The notes under the pieces: model-generated
Told to the model about the DNA's origin: nothing
The model's database searches: none
Seen by the model: only the letters and a program-made list of their open reading frames with translations
Shown: positions 1 to 7,664 of the stretch, one piece after another
How positions within the stretch are numbered: the stretch's first letter is position 1
Layout: each line of letters starts with the position of its first letter
NCBI RefSeq assembly: GCF_017876815.1
Contig: NZ_JAGIOS010000001.1
Coordinates: forward strand, 2,910,001 to 2,942,000
DNA from: Sinorhizobium meliloti
GTDB taxonomy: Bacteria > Pseudomonadota > Alphaproteobacteria > Rhizobiales > Rhizobiaceae
Reading direction: 5' to 3'
DNA: 32,000 bases
Made by a program: the position numbers and the translations under genes

Positions 1-350
1 CCGATGCGGATCTCGACAAGCGCGTCCAGGCGCGTGCCGATCTCATCACCAAGGCGCACGCGATCGCCAAGGACGTGAAGACCGAAGGCCTCTCCGATGC
101 CGCCATCCGCACGGCCGTGGTTGTCGCCAAGCTTGGCGATGCGGCCGTCGCCAACAAGTCGGACGCCTATATCGACGCCCGCTTCGACATGCTCGTCGAG
201 GATGCCAGCAAGAACGGCGCCGATCCCTTCCGCACCGTCGTGCAGCAGGGCCTTTCCCAGGCCAACGACGCCGACAAGGTGGTCGTGGACGCCTATTCCC
301 AGATGGTCGCCGACATGAAGGCCGGCAAGACCTCTGCAGCGACCAACTAA
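1..350 (+). CDS. prohead scaffold/protease protein, C-terminal part (5' end outside window)
   Basis: The frame is open from the window edge: DADLDKRVQARADLITKAHAIAKDV precedes the GTG listed at 75. The C-terminus is helical and rich in Ala, Asp and Lys. It lies directly upstream of the decoration-like and major capsid genes. Function is by synteny and composition only. Confidence 0.55.
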   Translation, partial: DADLDKRVQARADLITKAHAIAKDVKTEGLSDAAIRTAVVVAKLGDAAVANKSDAYIDARFDMLVEDASKNGADPFRTVVQQGLSQANDADKVVVDAYSQMVADMKAGKTSAATN

Positions 351-362
351 GGAGGCGCTTCA

Positions 363-833
363 ATGGCTACCTACCAGACCACTTATGGCGCGGCTCCCGC
401 GAAGGGACTTGCAGGCCAGATCGCTTCCGAAGAGAAGTGCAACAAGGTCAGCCGTACAGTCGAGACGGCGGCCGGCATCAAGTTCGGCGCTCCTGCTCAG
501 CGGGGAGCCGGCAATCATGGCGTTGCCATCCTCACCACCGGCGACTTCCTCGGGCTCGCAGTGCTCAACCCGGCGGTACCGCCGAGCGCCAGCAATCCCG
601 ACGCCTATCCGCAGTACTTCACCGGCGCCTTCATGACTATGGGCACGATGTACGTCACTGCGGGTGCAACGGTCGCTGCCGGTGACCCGGTCTACTATGT
701 GACCGCAACCGGCCGCTACACGAACACGGACAACACGGGCGCCAACCCCGCAATCCCCGACGCCTTCTTCGAAGAATCGGGCACCGATGGCGCCATCGTC
801 CAGATCAGCCTTGGCTTGCGCCATCAGGCGTAA
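363..833 (+). CDS. head decoration / cement-like protein (DUF2190/Gp24-like)
   Basis: ATG is preceded by AAGGAGG. The 156-aa Gly/Ala/Thr-rich product lies between the scaffold and major capsid genes. Its pattern (GDFLGLAV ... AGDPVYYV ... GAIVQISLG) resembles decoration/cement proteins from memory. Confidence 0.55.
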   Translation: MATYQTTYGAAPAKGLAGQIASEEKCNKVSRTVETAAGIKFGAPAQRGAGNHGVAILTTGDFLGLAVLNPAVPPSASNPDAYPQYFTGAFMTMGTMYVTAGATVAAGDPVYYVTATGRYTNTDNTGANPAIPDAFFEESGTDGAIVQISLGLRHQA

Positions 834-858
834 CGCTTCGCGAAAGGAACCCTGAACT

Positions 859-1836
859 ATGAACCAGATCATCCGTCAGGCCTTCGCTGATGCGCAGGCC
901 GCGTTCCCCTTCGTCATCGCGCAGGGGCGCAACATCGAGACCCGCATCTACCAGCGGCGTTATCCGACCTTTAACTACGGCGCCCACGTGCCCGTCGTTA
1001 CGGAAGGGAACGCCTGGGCGATCGGGACGACCTTCTTCACCGTCGATACGGCAGGCGAGGCGAAATTCCTCTCCGGCGCCGGTACCGACATGCCCTTCAA
1101 CCAGGCCACGAAGGATATGGCCAGCCATGACTTCGCGATGATCGGCTCCGGCTGGGAGTGGAACCTCGAGGAGGTCAATCAGGCTGCCCTTTACGGCATC
1201 GACCTGAACGGCACTAAGGCCATGTCGGCGTCCGACAAGGTCGAGCGCCTGCTCAACTCGGTTGCCATGGTCGGCACGACCGAGAAGAACTGGACCGGCT
1301 TCGTCAACGACCCGCAGGTCTCACGTGTCGACGTTGCGGCTGATGGCGCAGGCGGCGGCGGCTCGTCCACCTTCTGGGTGAACAAGACCAACGACCAGAT
1401 CCTCCGGGACATCAACGACCTGATCTCCAGCGTTCGGGAGAACACGTCGGAAGTGGAGTGGGTCGACACGCTGCGGCTGCCGCCGGAAGCCTTCCGCCTC
1501 ATCGCCACCCGCCGCCTCGGCGAGGGCGATGGTCTCCTGACCCTCCTGGAATACATCCGCCGCAACAACGTCTACACGGCGGAAACCGGCCAGCAGCTCG
1601 ACATCCAGCCGCTCCGCGAACTCGCGACGGCATCCCAGGACGGCGGCGGCCGCATGGTCGTGTATCGCCGGGATTCGGAAGTTCTCCGCTTCCACCTGCC
1701 GATGCCTCGCCGTGTCCTCCAGCCGCGCCAGAAGTCCATCATGGGCTTCGAGACCGGCATCATCGCCCGTACCGGCGGTACCGAATGGCGTCTGCCTGGT
1801 GCCGCTGCCTATGGCGACGAAATCACCGCACCGTAA
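859..1836 (+). CDS. major capsid protein (DUF2184 / HK97-fold family)
   Basis: The 325-aa ORF has an AAGGAA SD. Its N-terminus (FPFVIAQGRNIETRIYQRRYP ... PVVTEGNAWA) and its size and position are typical of DUF2184 major capsid proteins. Confidence 0.8.
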   Translation: MNQIIRQAFADAQAAFPFVIAQGRNIETRIYQRRYPTFNYGAHVPVVTEGNAWAIGTTFFTVDTAGEAKFLSGAGTDMPFNQATKDMASHDFAMIGSGWEWNLEEVNQAALYGIDLNGTKAMSASDKVERLLNSVAMVGTTEKNWTGFVNDPQVSRVDVAADGAGGGGSSTFWVNKTNDQILRDINDLISSVRENTSEVEWVDTLRLPPEAFRLIATRRLGEGDGLLTLLEYIRRNNVYTAETGQQLDIQPLRELATASQDGGGRMVVYRRDSEVLRFHLPMPRRVLQPRQKSIMGFETGIIARTGGTEWRLPGAAAYGDEITAP

Positions 1837-1850
1837 CCGGAGGATCAGTC

Positions 1851-2198
1851 ATGAAGGTCACCAACAACAGCAAGGCGTTGCAGGGCGTCCGCTCCAAGGG
1901 GCGGGCGGTCTACATCCCACCGGGTGAGACTCTCGACGTCGATCTCGAAGGCGTCGACCTCGAAAAGGCCAAGCGCCTTCGCTTCCTCAGGATCGAGGGC
2001 GTCTCCAAAGCTGCAAGCAACCAGGACGGCGACGGTCCGAAGACGGCACTCGAAGTGCTTGAAATGGCAAAGGACCAGAACGTGCAGTTCATGTCCTTCA
2101 AGTCTGCGGCATCCAAGCTTCTCGGCGATAAGACGCCGGGCAAGAAAGACGAGATCGTCGCGGCCCTCGAAGATCTGGCAACCAAGCCTGGCGCCTAA
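1851..2198 (+). CDS. hypothetical head-module protein (115 aa)
   Basis: An internal ATG at 1851 follows GGAGGA and lies 12 nt after the capsid stop. The longer track ORF from 1458 overlaps the capsid gene in a Pro/Arg-rich frame and is rejected. Confidence 0.7.
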   Translation: MKVTNNSKALQGVRSKGRAVYIPPGETLDVDLEGVDLEKAKRLRFLRIEGVSKAASNQDGDGPKTALEVLEMAKDQNVQFMSFKSAASKLLGDKTPGKKDEIVAALEDLATKPGA

Positions 2199-2228
2199 GC
2201 GCCGGGTTCTATTCCATCGGAGATTGAC

Positions 2229-2723
2229 ATGGCTGGATACGGCACGAACGACGGCTTCACGGCGTACGCCACCGAAGCCGGCTATGTCTTCCCCGAGGGC
2301 ACGACCGAAGAACAGAAGACCGCTGCACGTCAGCGCGGTTCTCTGGTGATCGATCGATATGAGCCTCGGTTCAGCGGGCGGCGCACTGGCGGGTATGCCC
2401 AAGAGCGCGCTTGGCCACGCACCGGCGCCACCACCTATTACGGCGAGGCGATCCCTTCGAGTGAAACGCCGGTCGCCATTGTCAACGCCTCATACGAGGC
2501 CGCTTTCCTCGAACTGACGAATCCCGGCAGCTTGTCGCCAGTCGTGACCGGATCGCAAACGGTGAAGCGCGAGAAGATCGGACAGCTTGAGGTCGAGTAT
2601 TCAACCTCTACTTCAACGGATATCGACGACCTCGTCGCGCTCGCAACGCCTGTCGTGACCACGATCGAAGGGCTGCTCTGGCCGTTTCTCGTGCCGGTCT
2701 GGCCGGGTGCTTTGGTGGTGTAG
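2229..2723 (+). CDS. head-tail connector/adaptor protein (DnaT-like ssDNA-binding-domain family)
   Basis: The ATG has a GGAG SD. The motifs YATEAGYVFPEG..AARQRGSLVIDRY..F.G.R......WPR and PVAIVNASYEAA match the gp6-like/DnaT_2 connector pattern from memory. It sits downstream of the capsid gene. Confidence 0.6.
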   Translation: MAGYGTNDGFTAYATEAGYVFPEGTTEEQKTAARQRGSLVIDRYEPRFSGRRTGGYAQERAWPRTGATTYYGEAIPSSETPVAIVNASYEAAFLELTNPGSLSPVVTGSQTVKREKIGQLEVEYSTSTSTDIDDLVALATPVVTTIEGLLWPFLVPVWPGALVV

Positions 2724-2746
2724 CTCCAGGCATCGCCCGCACTTGA

Positions 2747-2908
2747 TCAGAATACGCCCAGTGAACCGAGCAACGAGACCATTCCGGCGATCAAAATAAC
2801 GAATTGAGCCCTCTGCTTCATCGTAGGGTCAATTGGAAGCTTCTGCACGAGATAAAGCACAACCCCGGCGAAGAGGATGGTCAGGAGGATGCTGATTGTG
2901 GCGGACAT
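2747..2908 (-). CDS. small two-TM membrane protein (53 aa), antisense moron
   Basis: An internal ATG at 2908 is preceded by GGGGGA. The product is MSATISILLTILFAGVVLYLVQKLPIDPTMKQRAQFVILIAGMVSLLGSLGVF, two hydrophobic helices around a short basic loop. It resembles the widespread ~55-aa Thivi_2564-type phage membrane proteins from memory. The segment is lower in GC. Confidence 0.5.
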   Translation of the reverse strand: MSATISILLTILFAGVVLYLVQKLPIDPTMKQRAQFVILIAGMVSLLGSLGVF

Positions 2909-2988
2909 GTCCCCCAGATCCTTGAACAAAGAGCCTTGCGGCAATGAGGCGTAAATAAGGCTTAGCTCTCGAAAAGGAAGGGCGGAGG

Positions 2989-3354
2989 ATGGCAAACCCG
3001 ATCTATGCGCGCCTCCCGGCGACCGCGCAGCGCCTCATCGCCAAGTACGGCCAATCCGCTACTGTGAAGCGGATCACGCCTCCGGATCCTGTTTACGGCG
3101 GCGAGCCTGTCGTCACGTCTTATCCCGCCACGCTCGTCCCGATGGCCTACGAGGCCCGCTACATCGACGGCACGGTCATCCAGACCGGTGACATGCAGAT
3201 TTACATCTCCGCTGTCGGCCTCTCGATCGAGCCCACGGTCGGCGACGTCGTGACCGCCAATGGCGCCGATTACGCCATCATCAACGGCGACCCGAACAAA
3301 TACGATGGCATCACGCCGGTCGTCTTCATCGTCCAAGGAAGGATTGCGGCTTAG
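2989..3354 (+). CDS. head closure / head-tail joining protein
   Basis: The 121-aa ORF has a GGAGG SD. Its size, its position after the connector gene, and the pattern (TV.R.T...D..GG ... GDMQIYISA ... GDVVTANGADYAI) fit phage head-closure proteins. This is a memory-based call. Confidence 0.55.
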   Translation: MANPIYARLPATAQRLIAKYGQSATVKRITPPDPVYGGEPVVTSYPATLVPMAYEARYIDGTVIQTGDMQIYISAVGLSIEPTVGDVVTANGADYAIINGDPNKYDGITPVVFIVQGRIAA

Positions 3355-3494
3355 TTCTCCTGAACCGAGATCCCGTCCTCGCCAATCTTGATCTCGACGC
3401 CTTGTGTCGTCTCCTCCTGGTAGACGTAGATGCCCAGTCCGACAGTAATGACGGCAAGCACGGCGATGATGAGATAGAGGGCGTTTCGGTTCAT
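3351..3494 (-). CDS. small single-pass membrane protein (47 aa)
   Basis: Hand translation gives MNRNALYLIIAVLAVITVGLGIYVYQEETTQGVEIKIGEDGISVQEN, ATG at 3494 and TAA at 3351-3353. It is below the track size cutoff. One clear TM helix. Its stop region overlaps the stop of the convergent head-closure gene. Confidence 0.45.
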   Translation of the reverse strand: MNRNALYLIIAVLAVITVGLGIYVYQEETTQGVEIKIGEDGISVQEN

Positions 3495-3510
3495 GCAGCG
3501 GAATCCTTAC

Positions 3511-3591
3511 ATGAATTTCGATCAGTTGCTCAGTGCATACGAGCCAGAGCTTGTGGCGGGCTTTCGGGAGGCGATCGATCCCTCGCGATAG
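3511..3591 (+). pseudogene. 5' remnant of a second Mu F-like head morphogenesis gene (26 codons then stop)
   Basis: MNFDQLLSAYEPELVAGFREAIDPSR* aligns with the N-terminus of the intact gene at 4240 (MTFDELLAKYEPALAAAFRQAIEEIK). About 14 of the first 23 residues are identical. Confidence 0.6.
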
Positions 3592-3651
3592 CGCTTCGAA
3601 TATCACGCTACCGCCCCGACACGGCCCAAGGAGAGGGTTGCCCTATGAGCA

Positions 3652-4161
3652 TCATTGTTTCTCGAGCATAGCATCGCTCACCTCCCGCCCGGTGTGGCGC
3701 GGCCTGATAAGGTTCTTCAGGTCAAATCCCTGCCGCCGAGCCTCAGCTAGGTAGTCTTCCAGGGTACTTTCCGAAATGGCACTCTCGCGCGCGATCACCC
3801 AAAGAAACTTGCGATCAGGCGTGCCGACCAGTGCGACCCGGTACTCAGGATCGATTTTGAGCACCCAATAATCGCCGTCAGTGAAGGGTATCCAGCGAAG
3901 TGCAGCCGGAAGAAAGTTGACTTTCAGCTTCGCGTTCGTCGCATCGACTGGCTCTGCTTGGCCAAGCGCTTGCTTGGGCTGGTTGTTGTTATCGAAACAG
4001 CGGTTGTCGACGCGAATCTTTCCGTCGTTATCAAGGGAATAGTCTGCCGTGATGTCCGTCGCGGCATCTTCTTCATATTTGAGCGGCAGGCGGACGATCT
4101 CATACCAGCGCCCCAGATAACGGTTGAGGTCGAGACGCGGAATTGCTGTGACTTCGCCCAT
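3652..4161 (-). CDS. bacterial lipocalin (Blc family) lacking any signal peptide or lipobox
   Basis: The 169-aa product aligns with E. coli Blc motifs: LNRYLGRWYEI (Blc: AKRYLGTWYEIAR), YSL..DG.I.V.N, AKLKVNF, DYWVL..D.EYR.ALVG.PDR.FLW..AR, GFD. The ATG has an AAGGAGAA SD, and no ATG/GTG/TTG start is available upstream in frame. Confidence 0.85.
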   Translation of the reverse strand: MGEVTAIPRLDLNRYLGRWYEIVRLPLKYEEDAATDITADYSLDNDGKIRVDNRCFDNNNQPKQALGQAEPVDATNAKLKVNFLPAALRWIPFTDGDYWVLKIDPEYRVALVGTPDRKFLWVIARESAISESTLEDYLAEARRQGFDLKNLIRPRHTGREVSDAMLEKQ

Positions 4162-4239
4162 GGCTTCGGTTCTCCTTCAATGAGGAGCGGCAACGCCTGC
4201 AGGGTACTTCGGTTCCCTGGCAAGAAGATTGGATAACCT

Positions 4240-5277
4240 ATGACGTTTGATGAACTCCTCGCCAAATACGAGCCGGCGCTCGCCGCCGCATTCCGGCAGG
4301 CTATCGAGGAGATCAAGTCGGGCATCGTCCTCCGCGTCGTGGTCGAGCGGCTGGAGCGCGGCGACGTCAACGGCGCGGTCGATGCCATGCAGATCGAGCC
4401 GGAGGTGTTCTCCGCGCTCGAAATTGCCCTGCAGGACGCTTTCAACGCTGGTGGCACCAACGCAGTCGCTGAGCTACCGAAGGTCATGGACCCGCAAGGC
4501 AATCGCGTGATCTGGCGCTTCGGCGTCCGCAATCCTGTTGCCGAGGCGATACTGCGCGACCTGTCGTCGACGATGGTCACGCACATCACCGATGACCAGC
4601 GACAGGGCATCCGCCTGGCGTTGGAGCAGGGGCTTGCCAGAGGCGCCAACCCGAGATCCACGGCCCTCGACGTCGTCGGCCGGCAGAGCCGCGTCACCGG
4701 CCGCCGAGAGGGCGGCGTGATCGGTCTGACCCGGTACCAGATCGAGTTTATCGAGCGGGCGCGCCTGCATCTTGATTCCGGCGACCCGGACCTGATGAAC
4801 CGGTATTTCGAGCTCAAGACGCGCGACAAGCGTTTCGACCGAACCGTTATGGCAGCCATCAGAGCAGGGAAGCCGGTGACCGGCGAGGCGCTGGCCAAGA
4901 TCATCGGCCGGCTGCGCGATAAGAACCTGCTTCTCCGCGGCGAAATGCTGGCGCGGACCGAGACCATGATTGCGCTCAGCTCCGCCCGCGACGAGGCGAT
5001 GCGGCAGCAGATCGAGGCCGGCAAGGTCCGGGCGCAAGACGTCACGAAGGTATGGCGTTCCGCCGGCGACAGCCGTGTGCGGCACACCCATCGTGTCCTC
5101 AACGGCAAGGCCGTCGGCATGGATGAGGTATTTCAGAGCCCATCTGGCGCGCTTCTCCGCTTCCCGGGCGACCCGCGCGCGCCCATATCGGAGATTTCCG
5201 GCTGCCGATGCCGGCTCGAATACAAGGTGGATCACATCGGCGCGGTCGTGCGCCGGTACCGCGCTGAGGTCGTTTGA
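4240..5277 (+). CDS. phage head morphogenesis protein (Mu F / SPP1 gp7 family)
   Basis: The C-terminal motif set ARTE..........D.RVRHTH..LNG......F......L.FPGDP......CRCRL is typical of Phage_Mu_F. Its stop overlaps the start of the next gene (TGATG). Confidence 0.85.
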   Translation: MTFDELLAKYEPALAAAFRQAIEEIKSGIVLRVVVERLERGDVNGAVDAMQIEPEVFSALEIALQDAFNAGGTNAVAELPKVMDPQGNRVIWRFGVRNPVAEAILRDLSSTMVTHITDDQRQGIRLALEQGLARGANPRSTALDVVGRQSRVTGRREGGVIGLTRYQIEFIERARLHLDSGDPDLMNRYFELKTRDKRFDRTVMAAIRAGKPVTGEALAKIIGRLRDKNLLLRGEMLARTETMIALSSARDEAMRQQIEAGKVRAQDVTKVWRSAGDSRVRHTHRVLNGKAVGMDEVFQSPSGALLRFPGDPRAPISEISGCRCRLEYKVDHIGAVVRRYRAEVV

Positions 5278-5723
5278 TGGCAACGCTCTCATTTAGCGCT
5301 GCCGTGGCGCAGTGGGCCGACAAGGTCGAGGGTGCCGTCGAAGCTATCTTCAAGGAGGCGACACAGGAGGTCGTCGAAGAAATGCAGACGCCGGTCGGGC
5401 AGGGCGGCCGTATGCGCGTGGACACCGGATTTCTCCGGGCATCACTGCTCGCGTCCTCGACCGCCATGCCCGCGATCAACGCCGCTGCCAGTCCTGCGGA
5501 AGGAAGTACCTACGCGCCAGACTTTGCTCAGATCGAAGCGGTAATCGCTGGAGCGGACATCGGCGATACGCTCTACTTCGGCTACACGGCATCTTACGCT
5601 GGCTACCGAGAATATGGCGCTAATGGACAGCCCGCCGATGGCTTCGTCAGGCTCGCAGCTCAGAACTGGCCGCTCATTGTGGATCGGAAGGCCTCGGAGC
5701 TGAAGGCTCGTCTGGGGCTTTGA
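5277..5723 (+). CDS. HK97 gp10-family head-tail joining protein
   Basis: ATG at 5277 overlaps the upstream stop. The motif VDTGFLRASL and the ~148-aa size match the HK97 gp10 family. Confidence 0.75.
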   Translation: MATLSFSAAVAQWADKVEGAVEAIFKEATQEVVEEMQTPVGQGGRMRVDTGFLRASLLASSTAMPAINAAASPAEGSTYAPDFAQIEAVIAGADIGDTLYFGYTASYAGYREYGANGQPADGFVRLAAQNWPLIVDRKASELKARLGL

Positions 5724-5916
5724 CGGCTCGGTTCTTGTCGCTGCTTTGCTCCATCGCCGACAGAAGCCCAAGCTGCAACAGTGTCAGCGCCTTCCGTGCT
5801 GCTCTTAAACTAGTTTCGCCCCGAACCGTGGCCGCCGTCTCGCGCCCCAACGCGAGCAGCGCCGCATGGATGCGCTCATAGACCTGATCGTCAGTGAGAG
5901 GCGGCTTCTCAGACAT
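5674..5916 (-). CDS. hypothetical helical protein (80 aa), antisense to the late operon
   Basis: It is the only ORF that fills the 206-bp gap between the gp10-like and tail-terminator genes, taken from the internal ATG at 5916 (MSEKPPLTDDQVYERIHAALLALGRE...). It has no convincing SD and overlaps the gp10-like 3' end by 50 nt. Confidence 0.3.
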   Translation of the reverse strand: MSEKPPLTDDQVYERIHAALLALGRETAATVRGETSLRAARKALTLLQLGLLSAMEQSSDKNRAVKAPDEPSAPRPSDPQ

Positions 5917-5929
5917 AGGTAACGGATAT

Positions 5930-6355
5930 ATGGCGGCAGGCACCGACGCAATCATCTTCAAGGCCGTGACAGGCCGCCTCTTAGCAATGCCCGGTGTATT
6001 GCCGGTTGCCGCGCCGAACGTCGTGTTTCCGGCGGCAGGGCAGCCGCTACCGCCGAAATACCTTCGATTGACCTTCCTGCCCAACCAGACACGTCAGATC
6101 ACCATGGGCAACGATCCGCAACAGAAGCGCGGACTACTTCAGGTCTCAGTCGTTTGGCCGGTCGGGCAAGGGATCATCGGCGCTCTCGATGTCGCCGACC
6201 AAGTGATCGATCACTTCAAGAACCAATCCCTATTCGCCTCTGGCGTGAAGATCACGATCAGCAGCGAGCCGTGGGCGGCGGGCCCGCTCCAAGAGGGTGA
6301 ACGGGTGCAGATCCCCGTCACCATTCCGTACATCGCCTTCGAACCGGAGAACTGA
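5930..6355 (+). CDS. tail terminator / tail completion protein (DUF3168/DUF4128-like)
   Basis: The start is an internal ATG at 5930 (MAAGTDAIIFKAVTGRL...). It lies immediately upstream of the tail tube gene. The pattern P.KYLRLTFLP and the ~140-aa size fit tail terminators. Confidence 0.6.
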   Translation: MAAGTDAIIFKAVTGRLLAMPGVLPVAAPNVVFPAAGQPLPPKYLRLTFLPNQTRQITMGNDPQQKRGLLQVSVVWPVGQGIIGALDVADQVIDHFKNQSLFASGVKITISSEPWAAGPLQEGERVQIPVTIPYIAFEPEN

Positions 6356-6356
6356 C

Positions 6357-6842
6357 ATGGCAAACAAGGCAACGAAGAAGGGCAGCAAGGTCTATGTTTG
6401 CGCCACTGCCCAGAACACCGATCTTATAGAGTCAGCATATGCGGCGCTCACCTGGGTGCAGGTTGGCAAAGTCGGAAACATCGGCGATTTCGGCGCCGAG
6501 TCGACGATGAACAGTTACAACACCCTCGATGAGCCGGTGACCCAGAAACAGAAGGGCACGGCAAACGCCGGGGATCCGCAGATCGAGGTCGCCTCAGTGC
6601 ATGACGATGCCGGCCAGGTCATCCTGCGCACTTTCGGCAACCCCCTCAACCTCGACAACATGGCGATCAAGGTCGAGCGCAACGATGGCGGCGAGGGGTT
6701 CACGAACACGATTTTCTACAGCCGCGGCGTCGTGTCCGGCCCGCTTTATCCTGGCGGCGGTTCCGACGACTTCGAGCTCGAGCGCTTCACGGTCGGCCTC
6801 AACCAGCTGCCGATCCGCGTCAATCCCGCTGTAATCCCGTAA
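6357..6842 (+). CDS. major tail (tube) protein
   Basis: ATG at 6357 has a GGAGAA SD and lies 1 nt after the upstream stop. The 161-aa product (KVYVC ... WVQVGKVGNIGDFG ... YNTLDEPV.QKQKGT.NAGD) resembles TP901-1/GTA-type tail tube proteins and is followed by chaperone genes. Confidence 0.75.
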   Translation: MANKATKKGSKVYVCATAQNTDLIESAYAALTWVQVGKVGNIGDFGAESTMNSYNTLDEPVTQKQKGTANAGDPQIEVASVHDDAGQVILRTFGNPLNLDNMAIKVERNDGGEGFTNTIFYSRGVVSGPLYPGGGSDDFELERFTVGLNQLPIRVNPAVIP

Positions 6843-6856
6843 TCGATAGGTGACCC

Positions 6857-7258
6857 TTGGACATCTCCAAACTCGTCAATTCCGAAGACCTCTTCGAGCT
6901 CAATCTCACCGGCCCGGATACCGATGAGTTCGTAGGTATTCGTTTCATGATCCGTTCCGCGGAGAGCGATGCGGTGAAGCGCGTGGTCCGGCAGCATAGC
7001 GACAAATTCCTCGCGAGCCGGAAGAAGAAGCTTACGGCCAGCAAGGTCGAGGCCGAATATCTCGACAAGGCGGCAGCCTCCGTCGCGTCCTGGGACTGGG
7101 GCGATCACAACTGGAAAGGCGAAAAGCCCGAATGCACCTTCGAAAAGGCTCGCGAGGTTCTCGAAGAGGCCGGCTGGATCTATGACCAGGTCGCCACGGC
7201 CTCAGAGGACCGCGCAAATTTTACGAAGAGCTTGGCGAAAGGCTCTGCGAAGCCGTAG
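6857..7258 (+). CDS. tail assembly chaperone (G-like, zero-frame product)
   Basis: TTG start with an AGGTGA SD. The 133-aa acidic protein lies between the tube and tape measure genes and contains a slippery heptamer near its 3' end. Confidence 0.7.
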   Translation: MDISKLVNSEDLFELNLTGPDTDEFVGIRFMIRSAESDAVKRVVRQHSDKFLASRKKKLTASKVEAEYLDKAAASVASWDWGDHNWKGEKPECTFEKAREVLEEAGWIYDQVATASEDRANFTKSLAKGSAKP

Positions 7259-7596
7259 CGATTGTCGCGCGCTACGACAGCGTCCGAGACAAGGACGGTG
7301 AGACCAGGCGCGAGCGCAACGACAGCTTTGAGGTCGAAAGCCCGGAAGCGGAGGTGCCGGATAACGGTGCCTTCCTCTGGGATTGGTTTTGGGAGCTCCG
7401 GCAGGCGCAGCCGCCTGGGTTCTCCGGGCCAGTACCGATCTCGAACATCGAACTCTCGGTTTGGTGCCAGCTGACTGGCAATATCGTCCGGCGCGAGGAG
7501 CTTGCGATCCTTAGGGCAATGGACGCGCGGTTCTGCGTCGAGATCGAGAAGGAGAGCGAGGCGATCAGGGCGCGCGATGAGTGCTCTATACGATAG
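6857..7596 (+). CDS. tail assembly chaperone GT-like fusion made by programmed -1 frameshift at 7216-7222
   Basis: The -1 frame is open from 7186 to 7596. It encodes ...KFYEELGERLCEAVAIVARYD...FLWDWFWELRQAQPPGFSGPVPISNIELSVWCQLTGNIVRREELAILRAMDARF, a DUF1799/gpT-like motif. This frame has no plausible start of its own before the GTG at 7354. Confidence 0.6.
7216..7222 (+). promoter_or_regulatory. -1 ribosomal slippery heptamer A_AAT_TTT
   Basis: The zero-frame codons gcA AAT TTT fit the X_XXY_YYZ rule. The site lies inside the 73-nt overlap (7186-7258) of the G frame and the T frame. Confidence 0.5.
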
Positions 7597-7664
7597 CCAG
7601 CGACAACGATGACCTACAACTATCCAGGTGCTAAGGCACATGGATGATTTCGCATGGAGGCTAT

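Noticed and set aside
1458-1850. N-terminal extension of the ORF ending at 2198
   Set aside because: It overlaps the capsid gene in a Pro/Arg-rich frame. A GGAGGA SD and an ATG at 1851 give a sensible 115-aa protein.
3924-5120. 398-aa minus-strand ORF
   Set aside because: It is antisense to the Mu F-like gene and overlaps the lipocalin gene in another frame. It is Arg/Ser-rich with no motifs, so it is a shadow ORF.
4240-5277. Mu F-domain polymorphic toxin
   Set aside because: The protein ends about 20 residues after the CRC motif, so there is no C-terminal toxin domain or adjacent immunity ORF.
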